From Bilabrum cf. latius (Eukaryota), in contig OZ237748.1 of assembly GCA_965178125.1 (NCBI GenBank), positions 310,001-374,000 on the forward strand: a stretch of 64,000 bases of DNA, given 5' to 3'. The position numbers and the translations under genes are program-made. The notes beneath the pieces were generated by a model. That model was not told the DNA's origin. It worked only from the letters and a program-made list of their open reading frames with translations, and searched no databases. Below, one piece after another: positions 59,539-64,000 of this stretch; the stretch's first letter is position 1; each line of letters begins with the position of its first letter.

Positions 59539-62530
59539 ATGTAAGAAAGTGTGTGTCTTTATATTAGTACCGATACAATTTGTTGAGGCTGACAGCGCTC
59601 CGTAGCAGCTGTTGTATCTATCCTATCTATCTATGGTGCGTTGAGATATCCTCGTGGATTCAATCCATATGAGTCTATTTGACATGATACATAGGATATC
59701 AAGGTAAATCATTGAAAATCACAGGGGAGACGCACTTCGAGCAGCAGCCAGATATGGCAAGGTGGATGACCTGAGGGCCTGCCTGGATTCAGGAACGGAC
59801 ATCGAATCCAAATATGGCGTGAGATTGAGTACTACTTGTCAAGCTGTTGGATAAGTTCTTGAACTGATGTTTATGTGAAGGGAATTATGTTTGCGTACAG
59901 GCTGTCACGGAGCTCACCATTGATCGGGTGACGAGCCACCTTTGGAGCGAAGCAGACCTGATTGATGTATGCCATGAATTCTTCCATGAGCCAGAGTGGC
60001 GGGCTATTCGTGAAAACGGATTTCCTTCAGTGCTACTGCTGCTTTGTATGCATGGCAGTGACATTCACCTATTGTTCTGGTTGGTCTCCGCGCCTGGTCA
60101 CTAGCGGATCCTCACCCCCCGTCACCAGGTTGCTCCCTTCCCTCGGGGTCTACCACCCACGGCTACCCACCAATGGTTACATATTTCTTCAGTGCATCGC
60201 AGTATGGTTGGACAGCTGCATATTTCGCTGCACGTTATGGCAAGACAGACTGCCTGAAGGTGCTCATCGAGAGGGGCGCGAACGTGAACGCTGCAAGCAA
60301 CGTGAGAGAGAAAGGGGCTGCCTGGCCAACAGGGGAAGGGGGGGTGAAGGCGGCACCTGGGATATTTGATTTGGCTTGAGAGATAATTATACTGTTTTTA
60401 CCCGTTCAAGTGGCTAGCATAGCATCTAGCTAGCTCCTCGTCTATCGAGCCGGGCCGGACCCCCGAGCTACTTGCAGGATGCGGATTCATCCGAATTGTG
60501 TCTGGAATTTCAAGGCAAATGCCTATTAATTGGTTGAATTTGTATACTTCCTTTTTTCAAGTTTGGTTGTCGATCGATGACAGCTCCCCGGTGGAGGACA
60601 GGACTGGCCTGTGTGACGAGTATCAGCTCGACCCTCATTGCCTGGCTTGCGCCACCGATGGGCGGAGTTCAATGAGTTTGCACTGATGAGTACATACATA
60701 GTATGACATAGATGTGATTAATTTGAGTCATTTGTCTTCCAGGAACTGCACAGCCGGCGAGGCTGCCGCTGCCCGTCCCCCCAGAGGGCCCCTCGGCTAT
60801 CTCAGCCCCCAGGCGGATTCAGAGGCCCGGGCCGGTCCCTGTCGTGATGCAATGGCTTGGTAGGAAGATTGGTGTATATTTGGGTGGGTTTTGATTTTAA
60901 TGATTTTGTCCCTCGAGCGGGAATCGATCCGGGGACTGCGCCCCTAGGGCCCAGAGCGACTCCCACCGGTCCGTGCCAAAGCCCCCAACACCCCCATCAC
61001 CCGCCCCATGCCCACCCAAACCCACCCCAAGCACACCCCCTGCTCCCCCCCCACCCCCTGTCTCCCATCCCCCCACCGCAGAGTGGCTGGACACCCGTTC
61101 ATTAGGCATCCGCGGTTGGGCACGATGATTGCCTTCGATTGCTGCTTGAAAATGGGGGGGACGCGAATGCGGTGGATAGGGTGAGAGAGAGAGACATATG
61201 TTGAGGGAAAAGTTGGTCTTGTGTGTGTGTATGCTCGTGTGTTGGATGGGTGTGTGTGTCTGTCCGGCTTGGATTGCGCGCTCCCGGGTCCGAGACCCGC
61301 TGGCAGGTCCCTTCGCGGTGCCCCCACTGCATTGATGGATTGGGGCTGGACAGTTGTGCACGTATCTCGGGCTGTAGGTATGGTATGGTATCATGTTTTG
61401 TACCCATCGGCGTGATTTCGGGGGCGCAGTCCTGCGATCGGATTCGACTCCGGATCCGAATGGTCGCATCGGATCGCCGATCGGGAGCTAGTGGTCGCTT
61501 TCAAATGGTTCGGAGAGCTTTATTCTTGTCAAAATGTGTATCATTTTCTGTATCTAGTCATCTTTTGCCGGATTGACCGGTTCCGGAAGGATGGAACTGC
61601 GCTTGCCGGGGCAAGCAATGGCTTCTGGTCGATGCTCCATTCGATTCTCAAGCGGAGAGCGTTTGGCTTAGTTCGCAGGTCTGACTGTTTTCATCTTAGT
61701 GTAAATTGTCCTTTTGTCATGTTGTTGGAGGCGGGGGTTCGTATTCTGCCGAGTTGATCCTCCTGCTTGGGTTGCTCGCTGCCGGACCGCTGCCGCACAA
61801 GGCCGAGCACATCGGTGGCAGATATGTTGGGTGGAGCTAAGCTCTGAAAGATTTGTCAGCCAGGTAATTGCCTCAGATATTTCAGGTTGGCTCATGTCCT
61901 TTCAGTACCCTCCGATTCAACCGCAGACTGGAGACACCCCCCTGCACAGGGCAGCGTACTGGGGTCGCACCGCCTGCGCCACGATCCTCATGGAGGCAGG
62001 GGCCTGCAGGGACATCAACAACAACGTGAGTTTGTTCAACTGCATTGCAATAGCTCCTGAGTTTCACATACCAAGCATGCTATCCTAGGTATCAACGGAC
62101 ACTCCCACGCACGAATCCATCCCCAAATCATTCCCCCCGCTACCTTGCCTCCTCACCTTTGTCCTTGTCTCCCCCTTCCTTGATCGAGCAGAATGGCAGG
62201 ACTCCCGTGGAGATGGCAGCTTAGTGCCGCTGCCTCGAAACCGCTGCCGCCATTCGGTCATTCATTCCATCTCGAGTCCGAAGGGCCATGTGCTGGAGGC
62301 GGGCAGTGGAGGCCAAGAGGGACGCATCAATGGTATTCAGGGCAGCGAGCACTGGCAGGCCCATGGAGCTTGAAAAGAGGCTGAGGCTGGGCAAGCTGGC
62401 TGGTGGGTTGGCGATCAAGGGAATAGCGATACATGGCAGTAGGAGCTCTATGCTGGTGCTTCCACTGGAGGCAGCCAGGCTGGGAGGGCACGACGAGTGC
62501 GTGAAGCTGCTGCAGGAGGCCTAGGCATGA
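59539..62530 (+). CDS. Ankyrin gene G7 (short tail)
   Basis: Exons 59725-59818, 60203-60301, 61082-61180, 61927-62025, 62192-62530; in-frame TAG in two exons. Confidence 0.8.
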
Positions 62531-63305
62531 GGTCTAGGCTGGCGATAGTGTTGGCCAGCAAGCAAGTCTAGGCGTTCGACGCGATCGGATGGAAGAAGCC
62601 CCCCTTGTTGCCAGTCCCAGAGGAAGGCATCTGAGCGCCCTGCCGGCTCGGGGGGCTGCGGGAGCGACGGCCTGGCACGGCCTGCCAGGGCCGCAGGGAC
62701 CCGTTCGGCGCGAAACTCCACACTTCTTCGCCCGTTTGGGGGTGCCCCTGCAATTCGTGTGATAAATTTGCAATTGAACAACATGCTTCGGTCACGCGCA
62801 TGCGGCTGCAGCCGCTGGGGCGGCCTGCAGACGGCCGCGAGCGCGTTTGGACGGGCTAGCTAGAGAGGCTCCTTGCGCCCGAACCAGCGCCATCCAGCGT
62901 CTCACACGAGTACAATCGAAAGGACATAGCATAAAGAGCAATATATCAAAAATCTGCCATGGAGGCCATAGGAGAAAAAATGTGCCGGGCCCGCAGATTT
63001 CGGCTGCAGTGGGCGAGACAGCCGCGCCGCCGGCAAATTTTCTGCAGCCGATCAAATCCCGGTGCAGTCGACGCATACATTCACAAAGAATAAGGTAGGA
63101 GCATTTTATCTCGAAGATTTTCTCCCCGCCCGCTCACAGAGGCCCAGACGTGATCCGGGCGCCCCGCCGGCCGCGCGCGCGGCCAAATCAGGTTCCGCTC
63201 ACGCTAGACTGGCGCGCGGCGCTACCGATCCGGCAGCCCAGGGGTCTTTTCTGCATCTTCCAACCTGCTTGGAAGGAATTGATCTCATTGTGATATCAGT
63301 TTGAG

Positions 63306-64000
63306 ATGTAAGATGGTTTGTGATTATGTTTGATTACCGTTACAACTTGTTGAAGCTGATACCGCTTTGTAGCAGCTGTTGTTACAGTGTTGTATCCTGG
63401 CTACCAATGGTGCGTTGCGATGTCCTCATGGATTCGATCCATATGAGTCTGCTTGACGCTACACATAAAATTTCTACGTCCATCGTCATACTACACAGGG
63501 GAGATACACTTCGAACAGCAGCCAAGTATGGCAACGTGGACGCCCTGAGGGCTTGCCTGGATTCGGGAACGGACATCGAATCCAAAGATAGCGTGAGATT
63601 GAGCTCTACTGGTCGGGCTTTTGGATTCCTTTTTGGGTTGATATACGTGTGTAGACGAGAAGGTCCACGCACAGGCTGTTTCGGAGCTCGAGAGTGATGG
63701 GAAGAAGATCCACCATTGGAGACCTGTTGCACGCCATCGATTCATCAGCGAACTAGATTAGGGGGGGGCTTCTAGGAAACTGATTTCAAACAGTTGCACT
63801 ACTGCTTTCTGTACATGACCGTGGTATGCACCTCTAGTTTTGCGTGCTCTCCGCGCCTGGCCATCAGCGGATCCTCACCCCCAGCCACCAGGTTGCTCCC
63901 TTCCCTCGGGGTCTGCTTGCCATCCACGGCTACCTACCTACGGTTTAGTCTTTCTTTCATGCATTGCAGAGTGGTAGGACAGCAGCATGGTGGGCTGCAT
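63306..64000 (+). CDS. Ankyrin gene G8, 5' part (runs off the window)
   Basis: Exons 63499-63592 and 63970 onward are paralogous to the other copies. Confidence 0.75.

Overview
Eukaryotic (protist-like) genomic DNA in which TAG reads as a sense codon (most likely Gln) while TAA/TGA are stops, so the supplied standard-code ORF track fragments almost every real gene. (1) 1-9666 is the right part of an AT-rich endogenous virophage-like element. It carries minor and major capsid genes, a 932-aa primase/SF2 helicase, four small ORFs, nine copies of a ~70-bp hairpin repeat, a tRNA-like sequence and a long terminal palindrome. It abuts the endonuclease domain of (2) a non-LTR retrotransposon (9667-~11625). 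(3) 11737-64000 is a GC-rich tandem array of eight intron-rich ankyrin-repeat genes. Their internal repeats are each encoded by a 99-nt phase-0 exon and vary mostly at predicted binding-surface positions, and their last exons are interchangeable (coiled coil plus PINK1-like kinase, or a short ankyrin-like tail), with orphan kinase/WW modules between genes. The array also contains two truncated RRP5 copies, a hAT-type transposon with an 8-bp TSD and several tandem repeats. All family assignments come from motif recognition by eye; no database search was run and the host species cannot be named.
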